A stretch of 40,467 nt of DNA, from positions 1-40,467 of the IMG/VR virus record IMGVR_UViG_3300022930_000015; one strand, written 5' to 3'. Shown here one piece after another: positions 15,667-26,126 of the stretch. The position numbers and the translations under genes were made by a program. Every line of letters starts with the position of its first letter. Position 1 is the first letter of the stretch. The DNA is from a virus. Taxonomy: Duplodnaviria > Caudoviricetes. The notes under the pieces are model-generated. The model was not told the origin of the DNA. It saw only the letters and a list, made by a program, of their open reading frames with translations, and did not search any database.

Positions 15667-17975
15667 TTAAAAATAAAGACAAAAAAGATAAAATCGTTAG
15701 TCGTTGGCTTACAGAAATTGAGGCCTACGAGAACGAATATTCTGCATGGGTTTCACGTTGTAAAGACATTAATAAAATCTATAAATCACAATATTACGAT
15801 AATTTAAGTGGTAATAACAGACCTAAAAATATACCAAATGAAGTAAATATATTTTGGGCTAATATTCAAACAATGATACCTGAAATTTATGCTAAATTAC
15901 CAACACCGCAAATAGAGCGTAGATTTAAAGATAGCGATGCAGTAGCTAGAGTAGCAAGCGAAGTATTAGAAAACTGTTGTAACTTTATTTTAGACTGTAG
16001 CAATGCTAATGAAGCGTTTGATATGTGTAATTTAGACGGCTTATTGTACGCTAGAGCTACTTTATGGGCTAGGTATGATGCTGATTTTAAAGGTACAGGC
16101 TATAAAGAAAAGAATGAGGACGGCGAGGACGAAGAGGTTGAGGAACTAGACAACGAGTATGTAGAGTTAGATTATGTTAATTACTGTGACTTTGGGCATA
16201 ATGTAGCCAGCACGTGGGAAGAAGTACACGCAGTTTGGCGTAAGCTTTATTTATCACGCGGGGATATAATCCAGCGTTTTGGCAAAGAAGTAGCCAAAGA
16301 CATTAAAATGGACGCTTATTCCAGTGCTAAAAATGGTTCTGTATTAAAAAAACAAGATGATAAATGCGACAGGGTTTGCGTCTATGAAGTTTGGGATAAG
16401 TACAAAAAGCGTGTAATTTGGCTTACTAAAACACACGATAAACCATTAGACATTAAAGATGATTACTTAAATTTAAAAGACTTTTTCCCTTGTCCTAGAC
16501 CTTTGTACGTAACCAAAACAAATGACTGTTTAATTCCTGTGCCTGATTATGTAATTTATCAAGACCAGCTAACAACACTTAATCGCTTAAATCAACGTAT
16601 AAATATGATCACCGAAGCTGTTAAAGTGGTAGGCTTTTATAATTCTGAAATCCCTGCTTTAGCTAATGCCTTAAGAAGTTCAACTGATAACACAATGATA
16701 GCGGTTAATGCTTGGGGAATATATGCAGAAAAAGGCGGAGCTAAGGGTAATGTTGAATGGTTACCAATACAAGAAATAGCAGGCGTACTCGAAAATCTAT
16801 ACCAAGCGTTTGAGCGTCAAAAACAAATAATCTATGAATTAACGGGCATAAGCGATTTATTAAGAGGTCAAACAGACCCTAGCGAAACAGCAACAGGGCT
16901 TACAGAAAAACGAGAGAGTGCCAAGCAAAGGTTTGTTAGTAGGCGTAATAAATTCTCTCAATTCTTACGTAATGCTATAAATATTATTGTAGAAATCGTA
17001 GCTGAAAAGTTTGACACTGATACGCTGAAAAAGATGTCAAATGTTAAGTTATTTGATACTGAAAAAGAAAAACAGCAAGCAGAACAGCAGATGCAACAGG
17101 GTTTGCAAATTGATGAAGATATGCAGGATATGCTACTTAACCCAACATGGGAAGAGGTGGCTAAATTCCTTAAAAATGATGACTTAGTAAACTTTAGAAT
17201 AGATATTGAAACAGATAGCACAATTAGAGCCGATGAACAACAAGAAAAAGCTAGCAGATTAGAAATGCTTACAAGTGTAGGCGGTTTCTTGCAACAAGCA
17301 ATGCCAGCTATTCAACAATCCCCACAATTAGCACCAGTCTTAGGCGAAATGCTATTGTATGGATTACGGGCATTTAGGGCTGGTAAAGGTATTGAAGCTG
17401 AAATGGTGGCTTTAGTAGATAATGCTAGAAAAATGGCATTACAACCACAAGAGCCTCCGCCTAATCCTGAAATGATGAAAGTTGAGGCAGAACAACAGGC
17501 TAAACAAGCACAATTACAGCTAGAACAGCAAAGATTACAGTTTGAAGCACAAACACAACAACAACAATTCCAGTTAGAAATGGCTAAATTAGAGTTAGAA
17601 AAAGCTAAGTTGGCACAAATTCCACAGGTTAAACAAATGGAATTAGAACATAATGTTTACATGGATAATTTACAGTCTCAAAGAGAAACACAAGATAAAG
17701 CATTGCAGGCACAACTAGACCAGCAAACAACTTTAAATGAACAACAACAACAAAGTTTAGATACTTTAAGAACGGCACAAATTGAGTTAGAAAAAGATAT
17801 TCAATTAAAGCAGTTAGATATTCAAATGGATAGAGAAAATCAAGATTTAGAATTATATAAAATAGATAAGCAGGAAGATACTAAAAAACAACTAGCATTA
17901 CTAAGTGCTAATACTAGTATTGAACAGGCTAAACAGTCTAATAAGAATAAAGGTAAAAATAATGCAATGCGATAA
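15663..17975 (+). CDS. Portal protein (podovirus-type, long Gln-rich C-terminal coiled coil)
   Basis: Follows terL; NIFWANIQT, FFPCPRPL, IYELTGISDLLRG and FRIDIETDS motifs; 770 aa. Confidence 0.9.
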   Translation: MIKNKDKKDKIVSRWLTEIEAYENEYSAWVSRCKDINKIYKSQYYDNLSGNNRPKNIPNEVNIFWANIQTMIPEIYAKLPTPQIERRFKDSDAVARVASEVLENCCNFILDCSNANEAFDMCNLDGLLYARATLWARYDADFKGTGYKEKNEDGEDEEVEELDNEYVELDYVNYCDFGHNVASTWEEVHAVWRKLYLSRGDIIQRFGKEVAKDIKMDAYSSAKNGSVLKKQDDKCDRVCVYEVWDKYKKRVIWLTKTHDKPLDIKDDYLNLKDFFPCPRPLYVTKTNDCLIPVPDYVIYQDQLTTLNRLNQRINMITEAVKVVGFYNSEIPALANALRSSTDNTMIAVNAWGIYAEKGGAKGNVEWLPIQEIAGVLENLYQAFERQKQIIYELTGISDLLRGQTDPSETATGLTEKRESAKQRFVSRRNKFSQFLRNAINIIVEIVAEKFDTDTLKKMSNVKLFDTEKEKQQAEQQMQQGLQIDEDMQDMLLNPTWEEVAKFLKNDDLVNFRIDIETDSTIRADEQQEKASRLEMLTSVGGFLQQAMPAIQQSPQLAPVLGEMLLYGLRAFRAGKGIEAEMVALVDNARKMALQPQEPPPNPEMMKVEAEQQAKQAQLQLEQQRLQFEAQTQQQQFQLEMAKLELEKAKLAQIPQVKQMELEHNVYMDNLQSQRETQDKALQAQLDQQTTLNEQQQQSLDTLRTAQIELEKDIQLKQLDIQMDRENQDLELYKIDKQEDTKKQLALLSANTSIEQAKQSNKNKGKNNAMR

Positions 17976-18219
17976 ATGTTTTTCTTTATATACACAACAA
18001 ACTGGTTGTTTAAGTTGTTTTAATAAAGATAATCCTTTTTATAATCCTAAATATGCACATAAAGGATTATATACGGGCTTAATGAGTAGTAGGGATATGA
18101 TAGTTGAGGCAGACTATAGCGAAAAACAATTTGCCCGTGATGTAGACAAAAGACTAGACAAATCAGTTGAGGGATTTAAAAAAATATTAGGGACTGTAAT
18201 AAGTCAAAAAGGATACTAA
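17962..18219 (+). CDS. Small protein with CxxC...CxxC motif (start reassigned to 17962)
   Basis: AAGGT RBS; MQCDKC...CLSC; lies between portal and scaffold. Confidence 0.6.
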   Translation: MQCDKCFSLYTQQTGCLSCFNKDNPFYNPKYAHKGLYTGLMSSRDMIVEADYSEKQFARDVDKRLDKSVEGFKKILGTVISQKGY

Positions 18220-18220
18220 G

Positions 18221-19330
18221 ATGAGTATAGAAAACGAAAACCAAGCATTGCCTAATGATACTACACAAGATGTAGATAATGAAGCGACCAGCCCAAGTTT
18301 TGTTGAGATTTTAAAGCAAAAAGCCGATGAAACGGCTAACGATGACACGACAGCAGATAATACACTAGATGCGACGGCGGATAGTAAAACTGCAACTACT
18401 GATAATGCACAGGGTAAAACTCCCGATGTACCTCAAACTGCGGATAATGAAACTCAAGCACCAGCAGGACAAGCTGATAACACTGTACCAACAGAAAAAA
18501 TCAGTTCTCCGCATGCTTGGAATGCGGATTTAAAGCAGGTATGGGATAAAATCCCGATTGAGGCACAAAAAGCTATATCAGAACGTGAAAAACAAATGGT
18601 TGATAAACTAAATTCAACCAGTGAAGAAGTTGGGTTTGCAAGAGAAATCAAGCAAACATTACAGCCTTATGATGATGTAATTCATGGCTTAAATTCAACG
18701 CCTAAAGAGGTTGTAAGCACATTATTACCAGTAGCGAAAGTTTTATATACTGGCTCAACTCTTGATAAATTACAGTTGATTAATCAAATAGCACAACAGC
18801 ATAATATACCGTTGCAAATGCTATTTCAACAAGATAATCAAGAGGCATTAAATCAATTACAAATGCAACATTTACAGCATCAAAATAATTTAATGCAACA
18901 AAGTAACCAGCAAATAAAGCAACAACAGCAAGGCTACCAACAAGAGTTAAATAAAAATCAATTACTATCTGTTATAGACCAATTTAGAGCAGATAAACCT
19001 GATTTTGATACTCTTAGGGGCGATATGTCTAAGCTAGTTATTGGTATAACCGCTGAAAATCCAAATATAGGCGAGCTAGAAGCTCTACAGCAGGCTTATG
19101 AACAGGCTAAATGGCTTAATCCACAGGCTAGACAACAACAAATAGATAAAGAATATGAGCAAAAAGAGAAGCAAAGAATTGAGGCAGTTAAACAAAAAAC
19201 AGCCGATAAGAAAAATGCTACTCTTAGTTTAAAAAATAGTGGTGGGCAAAATGCACCCTCAAATATCAAAGGTAAATCTTTTGAGGACATAATGAGAGAA
19301 AAAGCCCAAGCATACAACAAAAGAATTTAA
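18221..19330 (+). CDS. Capsid scaffolding protein
   Basis: Acidic disordered N-terminus, P..W...W.K.P motif and helical Gln-rich body; directly before the capsid gene. Confidence 0.8.
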   Translation: MSIENENQALPNDTTQDVDNEATSPSFVEILKQKADETANDDTTADNTLDATADSKTATTDNAQGKTPDVPQTADNETQAPAGQADNTVPTEKISSPHAWNADLKQVWDKIPIEAQKAISEREKQMVDKLNSTSEEVGFAREIKQTLQPYDDVIHGLNSTPKEVVSTLLPVAKVLYTGSTLDKLQLINQIAQQHNIPLQMLFQQDNQEALNQLQMQHLQHQNNLMQQSNQQIKQQQQGYQQELNKNQLLSVIDQFRADKPDFDTLRGDMSKLVIGITAENPNIGELEALQQAYEQAKWLNPQARQQQIDKEYEQKEKQRIEAVKQKTADKKNATLSLKNSGGQNAPSNIKGKSFEDIMREKAQAYNKRI

Positions 19331-19343
19331 AGGATAATAAAAT

Positions 19344-20327
19344 ATGCCAAGTCCAAATCCAGGCGTGAGTGAAATCACAACCAGTGCGTTGTATGATTAC
19401 TCGTCAACAATTTATGACAATATGTCAAACAACGTTCCATTTTTCCAGTTTCTAAAAGAAAAGGGAAATATGGAATTAATCGACGGCGGAGAATTTATAC
19501 GTCGAAATATTGAATACGCAGAAAATGCAGGCGGACAATTCTATAGTGGTTATGAGCTACTTAATCCAGTTCGTAGCGATGTGTTTACTGCCGTTGATTA
19601 CGAATGGAAAGAATACGCTATCCCTATCATGATGAGCGCTTTAGAAAAATTGCAAAATGCAGGTGATAGCCGCATCTTTGAATTAGCAGGGGGTAGAATG
19701 AAAAATGCAGAAAAAACTATTGCCAACCGTTTTGGTGCAGCGGTTTTTTTAGATGGCACACAAGACGGTGGACGTTCATTTATTGGTTTAGGCGGTTTAG
19801 TTCCTAATAATCCTAATAGCGGTATTGTTGGCGGTATTGACAGCTCACAATGGGCGTTTTGGCGTAATCTTGGCATTAGTGCTACTGCCTTTTTTGGTGC
19901 TGCTAAATCGGCTACAAATATAGGCCAATACTTTGACTATATGATTACTAATACAACACGTGGCGGTGATGGTATAGATTTAATTGTTGCTGGTGCGAAT
20001 GATTATGCTAAGTTACAACAATATTTATGGACTAACACTCGCTTTATGCCTGAAAGTAGCAATAAAGTAAACGGCGGTATTAGAACTATTGAATATCAAG
20101 GCATTAGAGTAATGAACGGTGGCGGTGTGGGTTCAACAATGGATCCTGATACTAGCTATTTCTTAAATTTAGACTATATTAAATTTATTACAGCAAGTAG
20201 CCGTAACTTCAAGCCAATGGAAGGTGAAAGATATTCAAATAACCAAAATGCTTGGGTTAAATATTTAGACTGGGCAGGTGCTATGATTACAACTAACAGA
20301 CGCTTACAGGGCGTTCTTTACGCTTAA
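19344..20327 (+). CDS. Major capsid protein
   Basis: 327 aa after the scaffold gene; YSGYELLN, EYEWK-like, VGGID...W.FWRN, YFLN.DY and NRRLQG motifs. Confidence 0.88.
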   Translation: MPSPNPGVSEITTSALYDYSSTIYDNMSNNVPFFQFLKEKGNMELIDGGEFIRRNIEYAENAGGQFYSGYELLNPVRSDVFTAVDYEWKEYAIPIMMSALEKLQNAGDSRIFELAGGRMKNAEKTIANRFGAAVFLDGTQDGGRSFIGLGGLVPNNPNSGIVGGIDSSQWAFWRNLGISATAFFGAAKSATNIGQYFDYMITNTTRGGDGIDLIVAGANDYAKLQQYLWTNTRFMPESSNKVNGGIRTIEYQGIRVMNGGGVGSTMDPDTSYFLNLDYIKFITASSRNFKPMEGERYSNNQNAWVKYLDWAGAMITTNRRLQGVLYA

Positions 20328-20336
20328 GGGGGCAAT

Positions 20337-21161
20337 ATGGGAATACAAGAAGGAATTTTAGGCACTTTAGCCACAAATGGAGCTGATGATAATCCGCCCT
20401 ACGGAACGGTAAACTGTGATAATCAAATTATTGCTTATACCAATGAGACATTAAAGGGCGGAGAAGCTATTTATGTTCAAGCACCAAGCACGGATATAAC
20501 AGGTCAAACTATATCAAGCATTGCAGTAACCAGTAATGTTGCATTAGTAACAACCGCTGCACCGCATGGACTTTTAGCAGGCGGGCAAGTTAAATTAATA
20601 GGTCAAACACCTAGTACATTTAGCGGTCTTTATACAATCGCAACAGTACCAAGCACTACAACATTTACAATTCCATTAGTTGTAGCCAATAGCAGTGCTA
20701 CAGTTGTTGGAACTTATACCGCTGCACCAATTACAGCAGGCCAAGTAATTGAAAATGATTACAGTGTTGTAAGCGGTGTATTTACTAAACGTGCTAGAGT
20801 TTGGGACGGTACTGTTAATACTGGTAAAAATTTAGCAGTGGCGATACGTACAGTATGGGCTAGCCAATGGTTTTGGGGTAAAGTGCAGGGCTTAACAATT
20901 GTTCAAGCTACAGGAACTATTGCAGTTGGTGCGGTTTATTATAGCGGTATTGGTGCAGTTAGAAGCACAGTTACAGCAAGTAAACAGGTATTAGGTGCTG
21001 AATTTGTATATGCTGGGGTTATTAGTAACACAGCGGGATTTAATATAATTTTCTCTGAACCTACTAAACGCAATGCTAGTAATCAAATTACATTAGCAGT
21101 AGGTGCTGGTAGAACGTTAATGTATATTAATCGTCCAATTGCACAAGGTGCTATAACTTAA
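20337..21161 (+). CDS. Probable capsid decoration/auxiliary protein with an inserted beta-domain
   Basis: Follows the capsid gene; GGEAIYVQA and W.W..VQG motifs; internal TTAAPHGL..G..V...TTFT segment. Confidence 0.65.
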   Translation: MGIQEGILGTLATNGADDNPPYGTVNCDNQIIAYTNETLKGGEAIYVQAPSTDITGQTISSIAVTSNVALVTTAAPHGLLAGGQVKLIGQTPSTFSGLYTIATVPSTTTFTIPLVVANSSATVVGTYTAAPITAGQVIENDYSVVSGVFTKRARVWDGTVNTGKNLAVAIRTVWASQWFWGKVQGLTIVQATGTIAVGAVYYSGIGAVRSTVTASKQVLGAEFVYAGVISNTAGFNIIFSEPTKRNASNQITLAVGAGRTLMYINRPIAQGAIT

Positions 21162-21166
21162 ACGAT

Positions 21167-21189
21167 AAGTGGTCTACTAGACCACTTTA
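21167..21189 (+). terminator. Hairpin terminator after the head genes
   Basis: AAGTGGTCT-act-AGACCACTT. Confidence 0.6.
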
Positions 21190-21206
21190 ACAAAGGAATA
21201 ATAAAT

Positions 21207-21824
21207 ATGCAAAATCAAAATATGCAAAATCAAATACCAATAACACAATATAGATTTTCTGTAGGTGTAAAAGAAATTGGCAACGATGATAATAAAACTT
21301 TTGAAGATGTCGATATGGTACAAGTTATCACTTTAGGCGATAAAAATTATATGCCAGTTCATGAAGTAGACCATTACCGTAGCCTAATGAAAAGAATGTT
21401 AAATAATGAATTGATACCAGCTGAACAAGCAAAAATGTTTGAAGCTCAATATAAATTATTTAAAGAGGGTGCAGATTTTCAACATGAGGGGACTTCATTA
21501 GCTACAGTAGCGGTATTTAGCAAAGCTGATGTAATAAACTTAAACAATCAAAATATATTTACTGTAGAGCAGTTGTCTGGTGTTCCTGATAGTGCTATAC
21601 ATAGTTTAGGACGTGGCATTGCTATGTTAAAACAAAAAGCAATCACATATTTAGATAGTAAAACAGATGCTAATGCTATTAATAAAGTCATACAGCAAAA
21701 TGAAATGTTAATCAATGAAAGAAATCACGATAAACAAGCACTGGCAGAAATGCAGGCACAAATACAGCAATTATTAGCACAGCAAAACGCACAAACTCAA
21801 GAAACTAAATCTAAAAGTAAATAA
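21207..21824 (+). CDS. Conserved-type phage hypothetical protein (head module)
   Basis: EGT.L, IFTVEQL..V.D motifs and C-terminal coiled coil; AAGGA RBS. Confidence 0.7.
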   Translation: MQNQNMQNQIPITQYRFSVGVKEIGNDDNKTFEDVDMVQVITLGDKNYMPVHEVDHYRSLMKRMLNNELIPAEQAKMFEAQYKLFKEGADFQHEGTSLATVAVFSKADVINLNNQNIFTVEQLSGVPDSAIHSLGRGIAMLKQKAITYLDSKTDANAINKVIQQNEMLINERNHDKQALAEMQAQIQQLLAQQNAQTQETKSKSK

Positions 21825-22750
21825 TGACATTATTAACTGTAGTACAAAATGCATGCCTAAGTTTAGGAATAAATAAGCCTAATGAAGCAGTAACTAGCTA
21901 TGATAAGCAAATATTAAAGCTCGTAGCTTATGCAAATAAGGGTGGTAAGGAAATAATACGCTATCCAGCTAAAGATGCGGGGTGGAGCTTTTTACGCAAG
22001 TCATTTAGTTTTAATAGTTATTTTTTACAAGTAACCGCTAGCACTACTTTAGGCAGTAATATTTTAACTTTAGCTGACACTACAGGTATTATAGTTGGAT
22101 ATGGCGTTACAGGCTTAAATATACCAGCCTATGCTATAGTTACAGCAGTTACGCCAACTACAGTGACATTGGGTAATATTCAAAATGCAACAGCTACAGG
22201 CAGTAGTACATATACTTTTAGTCAAATAAGTTATGATTTACCAGTTGATTATTCTAGTCTAATACCAAACACGTACTTTCCCTTAAATAATACGCAGTGG
22301 TATTCATGGCAGATTACACCAGCACAAGCACAATGGATAAAAGCACGTAATGGCTTATATGCTGGTTTTTCTAATAGATTTATGATACAAAGTAAATCAA
22401 TTATTTTAGACCCATACCCGCAAAGCGTTAACCCATATAGTTTACTGTATCGCTCAAATGCTTATGTGATAGACGGCGAAAATCAGAATTATAAAACTGA
22501 ATTTACTAAAGATGTAGATACTACTTTGATTGATGAAGAATTATTAACTGAAAGTCTTATTTGGCGGTTCAAAGCTGATAGAGGCTTACCTTATGATGAA
22601 GATTATAATATTTATGAAAATCATCTAAGCCAATTAGCAGGTGAGGACGGCGGAGGCGGACAAGATATTATTATGGGTAGTGATTATCTATTAAATGACT
22701 ATTATGGTTTAAATATCGCTGAGGGTAGCTGGGGTTATTATGGTGGTTAG
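21824..22750 (+). CDS. Probable head-to-tail adaptor (tail tubular protein A-like)
   Basis: MTLLTVVQ..C, W..L, YDLP.DY, F..D.DT..IDEELL....WRFK...GL.Y pattern; position in module. Confidence 0.7.
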   Translation: MTLLTVVQNACLSLGINKPNEAVTSYDKQILKLVAYANKGGKEIIRYPAKDAGWSFLRKSFSFNSYFLQVTASTTLGSNILTLADTTGIIVGYGVTGLNIPAYAIVTAVTPTTVTLGNIQNATATGSSTYTFSQISYDLPVDYSSLIPNTYFPLNNTQWYSWQITPAQAQWIKARNGLYAGFSNRFMIQSKSIILDPYPQSVNPYSLLYRSNAYVIDGENQNYKTEFTKDVDTTLIDEELLTESLIWRFKADRGLPYDEDYNIYENHLSQLAGEDGGGGQDIIMGSDYLLNDYYGLNIAEGSWGYYGG

Positions 22751-24299
22751 AAGCGGATATAAACCTATAAGCCCTAGACAAATAAATAGAAGCGGTAATT
22801 CTAGGAGTGCTAGTTTGCCAGTTCCAAATAAAGGCTTAAATAGTAGAGATAATATCGCTAATTTAAAACCTGAATATGCCTCTAAGTTAATTAATTGGTT
22901 TCCGACCACATCAGATTTAATGGTTAGAAACGGTTATAAAGAGTACAGTTTAGATATAACAGGTCAAGTAAATAGCTTAATGGGCTATAACGGACTTAGT
23001 AAAAAGATGTTTGCAGTAGCAGGGGATATAATTTATGATGCAACCGCTAGCGGAAGTGCTACAGTTAGCTATACACCAGTTGCTAGTGATAAATTTATAT
23101 CTCAAAATATAACTACTAGCGGAGGTACTTTTTTAGTTGCAGTTAATGGCGTAGATGATTTATTACTTTATGACGGTACTACATGGACGCCAATAAACGG
23201 GGCTAGCACACCAGCTATAACAGGGGTTACAACTGCTAATTTAAGCTATGTAACTTTAGCTAAACGCCGTCTTTGGTTCGTAGAAAAATCTACTACCAAA
23301 GCATGGTATTTAGATGTAAATTCTATTGGCGGAGTTGCGAAAAGCTTGGATTTAGGGGCGTCTTTTATTAAAGGCGGATATTTAAAAGCTATTAGTTCAT
23401 GGAGTATTACGGGCGGATTTGGCACTCAAGATTTAACCGTATTTCTAAGCACTGAGGGTGATATAGTAGTTTATCAAGGCGACGACCCTGATACAGCTAG
23501 CGATTGGAAAATAGCAGGAATATATAACTTAGGCTCGCCTATTGGACATATGCCGTTTTGCAGGCTTGGAACTGATTTATTAGTGCTTACACAACAAGGA
23601 TTATCTGCACTTAGTCAAGGTCAATTCTTTGCAGATACTGCTAGGGCAAAAACTGCTTTAACTGATAATATAGCACCTGATATTAACCGAGATACTACAA
23701 GTTACGCATTAAATTATGGCTGGCAAACGATAGCATATCCTAATGAAAATATGTTACTTCTTAATATTCCCGTAGCAGTTGGACAGCAAAAACAGTATGT
23801 AATGAATACGATTACAGGGGCATGGGCTGAATTTAATCAGATATATGCAAATTGTTTTTTACTTTTTGATGAAGTCATGTATTTTGGGGGAGCTGGTAAA
23901 ACATTTACATTTTGGCAAAACACTACAGATAATAGTGCAGTAATTAATGCAGAAGTCATTACATCATTTAATCAATTTGGAACGCCAGCAGAAAAAGCTT
24001 TTAAATTAGCTAGACTTACTTTAAGTACATATTCTACTAATCAAGTAAATGTAGGCATAGAATTAAATTATAAAATTACTAATCAATTAAGTACGCCAAC
24101 TTTACCAAATACAGGCGATGGAATATGGGACGAGGCAACTTGGGATAGTAATGTATGGGCTGGCGAAGATTTTATTTCTGATTGGTTTGATATAGACGGC
24201 ATGGGATTTGCAGGCGCTTTACATATAAAAGTAGCTTGCCGTGAGCCGTTTAGGTGGGCGAATACTCAATATATTTATCAAGTTGGGAATACTTTTTAA
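22740..24299 (+). CDS. Tail nozzle / packaged-DNA stabilisation protein (P22 gp10-like)
   Basis: P.P..GLNSRD, KRRLWFVE...T.AWYL, Y.G.DP and QYVMNT.TGAW motifs; beta-propeller-like composition. Confidence 0.8.
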   Translation: MVVRSGYKPISPRQINRSGNSRSASLPVPNKGLNSRDNIANLKPEYASKLINWFPTTSDLMVRNGYKEYSLDITGQVNSLMGYNGLSKKMFAVAGDIIYDATASGSATVSYTPVASDKFISQNITTSGGTFLVAVNGVDDLLLYDGTTWTPINGASTPAITGVTTANLSYVTLAKRRLWFVEKSTTKAWYLDVNSIGGVAKSLDLGASFIKGGYLKAISSWSITGGFGTQDLTVFLSTEGDIVVYQGDDPDTASDWKIAGIYNLGSPIGHMPFCRLGTDLLVLTQQGLSALSQGQFFADTARAKTALTDNIAPDINRDTTSYALNYGWQTIAYPNENMLLLNIPVAVGQQKQYVMNTITGAWAEFNQIYANCFLLFDEVMYFGGAGKTFTFWQNTTDNSAVINAEVITSFNQFGTPAEKAFKLARLTLSTYSTNQVNVGIELNYKITNQLSTPTLPNTGDGIWDEATWDSNVWAGEDFISDWFDIDGMGFAGALHIKVACREPFRWANTQYIYQVGNTF

Positions 24300-24703
24300 T
24301 GTTGCAAATCATCTTTGGACAAGATTTAAGAGTAGGCACATGGGTTTTTGAAAAAACTGGCGGATTGTATACTAAAAAAGACAGTACAACAATTGGCTTA
24401 GAAAAAAATGGCGAGTTAGTAGCAGGTTTTGTTTATAATAATTATATTCCCAATCGTTCTATCGCCATGCATGTAGCTGGTAATTTATTTACCAAAAAAT
24501 TTATAAAGGCAGGCTTTAGATACCCATTTAAGCAATTAAAAGTATTAAAAACCATAGCATTTATTGATAGTACAAATATTAAAAGTGTTAAATTTACATC
24601 AAAACTAGGTGCTATACATGAAGCTACGATTAAAGATGCGGGTAGGCATGGCGATTTGTTAATATACACAATGACACAAGAACAATTTAGATTTAAGGAT
24701 TAA
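24299..24703 (+). CDS. GNAT-fold acetyltransferase-like protein (start reassigned to 24299)
   Basis: F.YPF.QL, N.KS..F..KLG...E pattern; typical position after the nozzle gene; TAATG overlap. Confidence 0.75.
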   Translation: MLQIIFGQDLRVGTWVFEKTGGLYTKKDSTTIGLEKNGELVAGFVYNNYIPNRSIAMHVAGNLFTKKFIKAGFRYPFKQLKVLKTIAFIDSTNIKSVKFTSKLGAIHEATIKDAGRHGDLLIYTMTQEQFRFKD

Positions 24704-24706
24704 CTA

Positions 24707-25192
24707 ATGGGTAATTTATATAAAAAAGCTCAACAACCGCAAGGAATGAGCCAGCCTACACAGCCAATGTACCCTACTAATAGTAGTTCAAACTGGGCAG
24801 ATAATCAATATGCACAGCAATTAGGAAAATATAATCAAGAATTACCACAGTGGCAAATGAAGCAGGATAGCATTAGACAGTTACAAACACAGCAACAACA
24901 AGCTATGCAACAAGCACAGAATATGCAGTTACAACAACAAGCTAATATGAATAGGCAAAGGAATGGAAGTACACAAATTCCACAAGTCGTGATTGATAGA
25001 CGTATGGCTAATCCTAATCAATATACAAACAACTTGCAACAGTACCAAAATAGGCAACTACAACAAGCACAAAATACGCCATATACTCAATTTAGTCAAA
25101 ATGGCTATAATCCTGTTTTGCGTACAACACCACAGCAAAGTAATGGCTTAAGCAATAGTTTATTAGCTGAACTTTTAAAGAAAAAAGGATAA
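24707..25192 (+). CDS. Gln-rich low-complexity protein, possible internal virion protein
   Basis: AAGGA RBS; Q/N/P-rich; lies in the ejection-protein cluster. Confidence 0.6.
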   Translation: MGNLYKKAQQPQGMSQPTQPMYPTNSSSNWADNQYAQQLGKYNQELPQWQMKQDSIRQLQTQQQQAMQQAQNMQLQQQANMNRQRNGSTQIPQVVIDRRMANPNQYTNNLQQYQNRQLQQAQNTPYTQFSQNGYNPVLRTTPQQSNGLSNSLLAELLKKKG

Positions 25193-25193
25193 T

Positions 25194-26123
25194 ATGGGTA
25201 AATCATCATCAGCGCCAGAAGCACCAGACCCATATATGGTACAAGATGCTAACTTTCAAGGGCAAGTAAAAGCAAGTAATTATAATGCTGCAAGCAGACC
25301 TAGTGTTTTTACTCCTTACGGTTCACAAACCTATGAGCAATATGGTTACGACCCTACAACAGGAGCGCCTCTTTATAATGAATTTATAGACTTATCGCCA
25401 ACAGCTCAAAGAACTGTAGACCAAAATATACAAAATCAATATGATACTTCAGTTACTGCTAATAAATTTTTAAAGAATGCGGAAAGCAGTTTATCTAATC
25501 CAATAAATACCAGTGATTTAAATTATCAAACTAGTTTAAATACTGGTGGTAATGCTGAATTGTCTAAAAAAGCCCAAGACGCTATTTATGGTAAACAAAC
25601 TGCACTATTAGACCCGCAATATCAGCAGAACCAAGATGCTTTAAATACAAGATTGGCTAATCAAGGTATAAATATAGGTAGTGAAGCTTATGATAGAGAA
25701 ATGAATAATTTTGCTAGGCAGAAAGATTATGCATATGGTAATGCTAGAAATGACAGTATTTTAGGCGGTATTCAATATGAAAACCAATTATTTAACCAAA
25801 GCGGACAGGAACAACAAGCATATAACAATGCTATAAGTGCAGAATTAAACAAACGTTTTGCTGGCAATAATCAAGCCTTAAACCAATATACGGCACTTGC
25901 CAGCGGTTCACAGGTTCAGACACCACAATTTGCTAACCAACCTATACAAAATGTTCAACCAACAGATATGAGCCAATTATTCCAAAACCAATATAATAGC
26001 CAATTAGCGGGATATAACGCAGATGTTGCAGGTGGTAATTCTTTATTGGGCGGAGTATTTGGCTTAGGTTCGGCGGCTCTAGGTTCACCAGTGGGTACAT
26101 TTGCTAAACTTTTTGGAGGTTAA
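25194..26123 (+). CDS. Probable DNA ejection (internal virion) protein
   Basis: MGKSSSAP.APDP start, TPYGS, LANQGI..GSEAY and hydrophobic Gly-rich C-terminus. Confidence 0.7.
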   Translation: MGKSSSAPEAPDPYMVQDANFQGQVKASNYNAASRPSVFTPYGSQTYEQYGYDPTTGAPLYNEFIDLSPTAQRTVDQNIQNQYDTSVTANKFLKNAESSLSNPINTSDLNYQTSLNTGGNAELSKKAQDAIYGKQTALLDPQYQQNQDALNTRLANQGINIGSEAYDREMNNFARQKDYAYGNARNDSILGGIQYENQLFNQSGQEQQAYNNAISAELNKRFAGNNQALNQYTALASGSQVQTPQFANQPIQNVQPTDMSQLFQNQYNSQLAGYNADVAGGNSLLGGVFGLGSAALGSPVGTFAKLFGG

Positions 26124-26126
26124 ATA

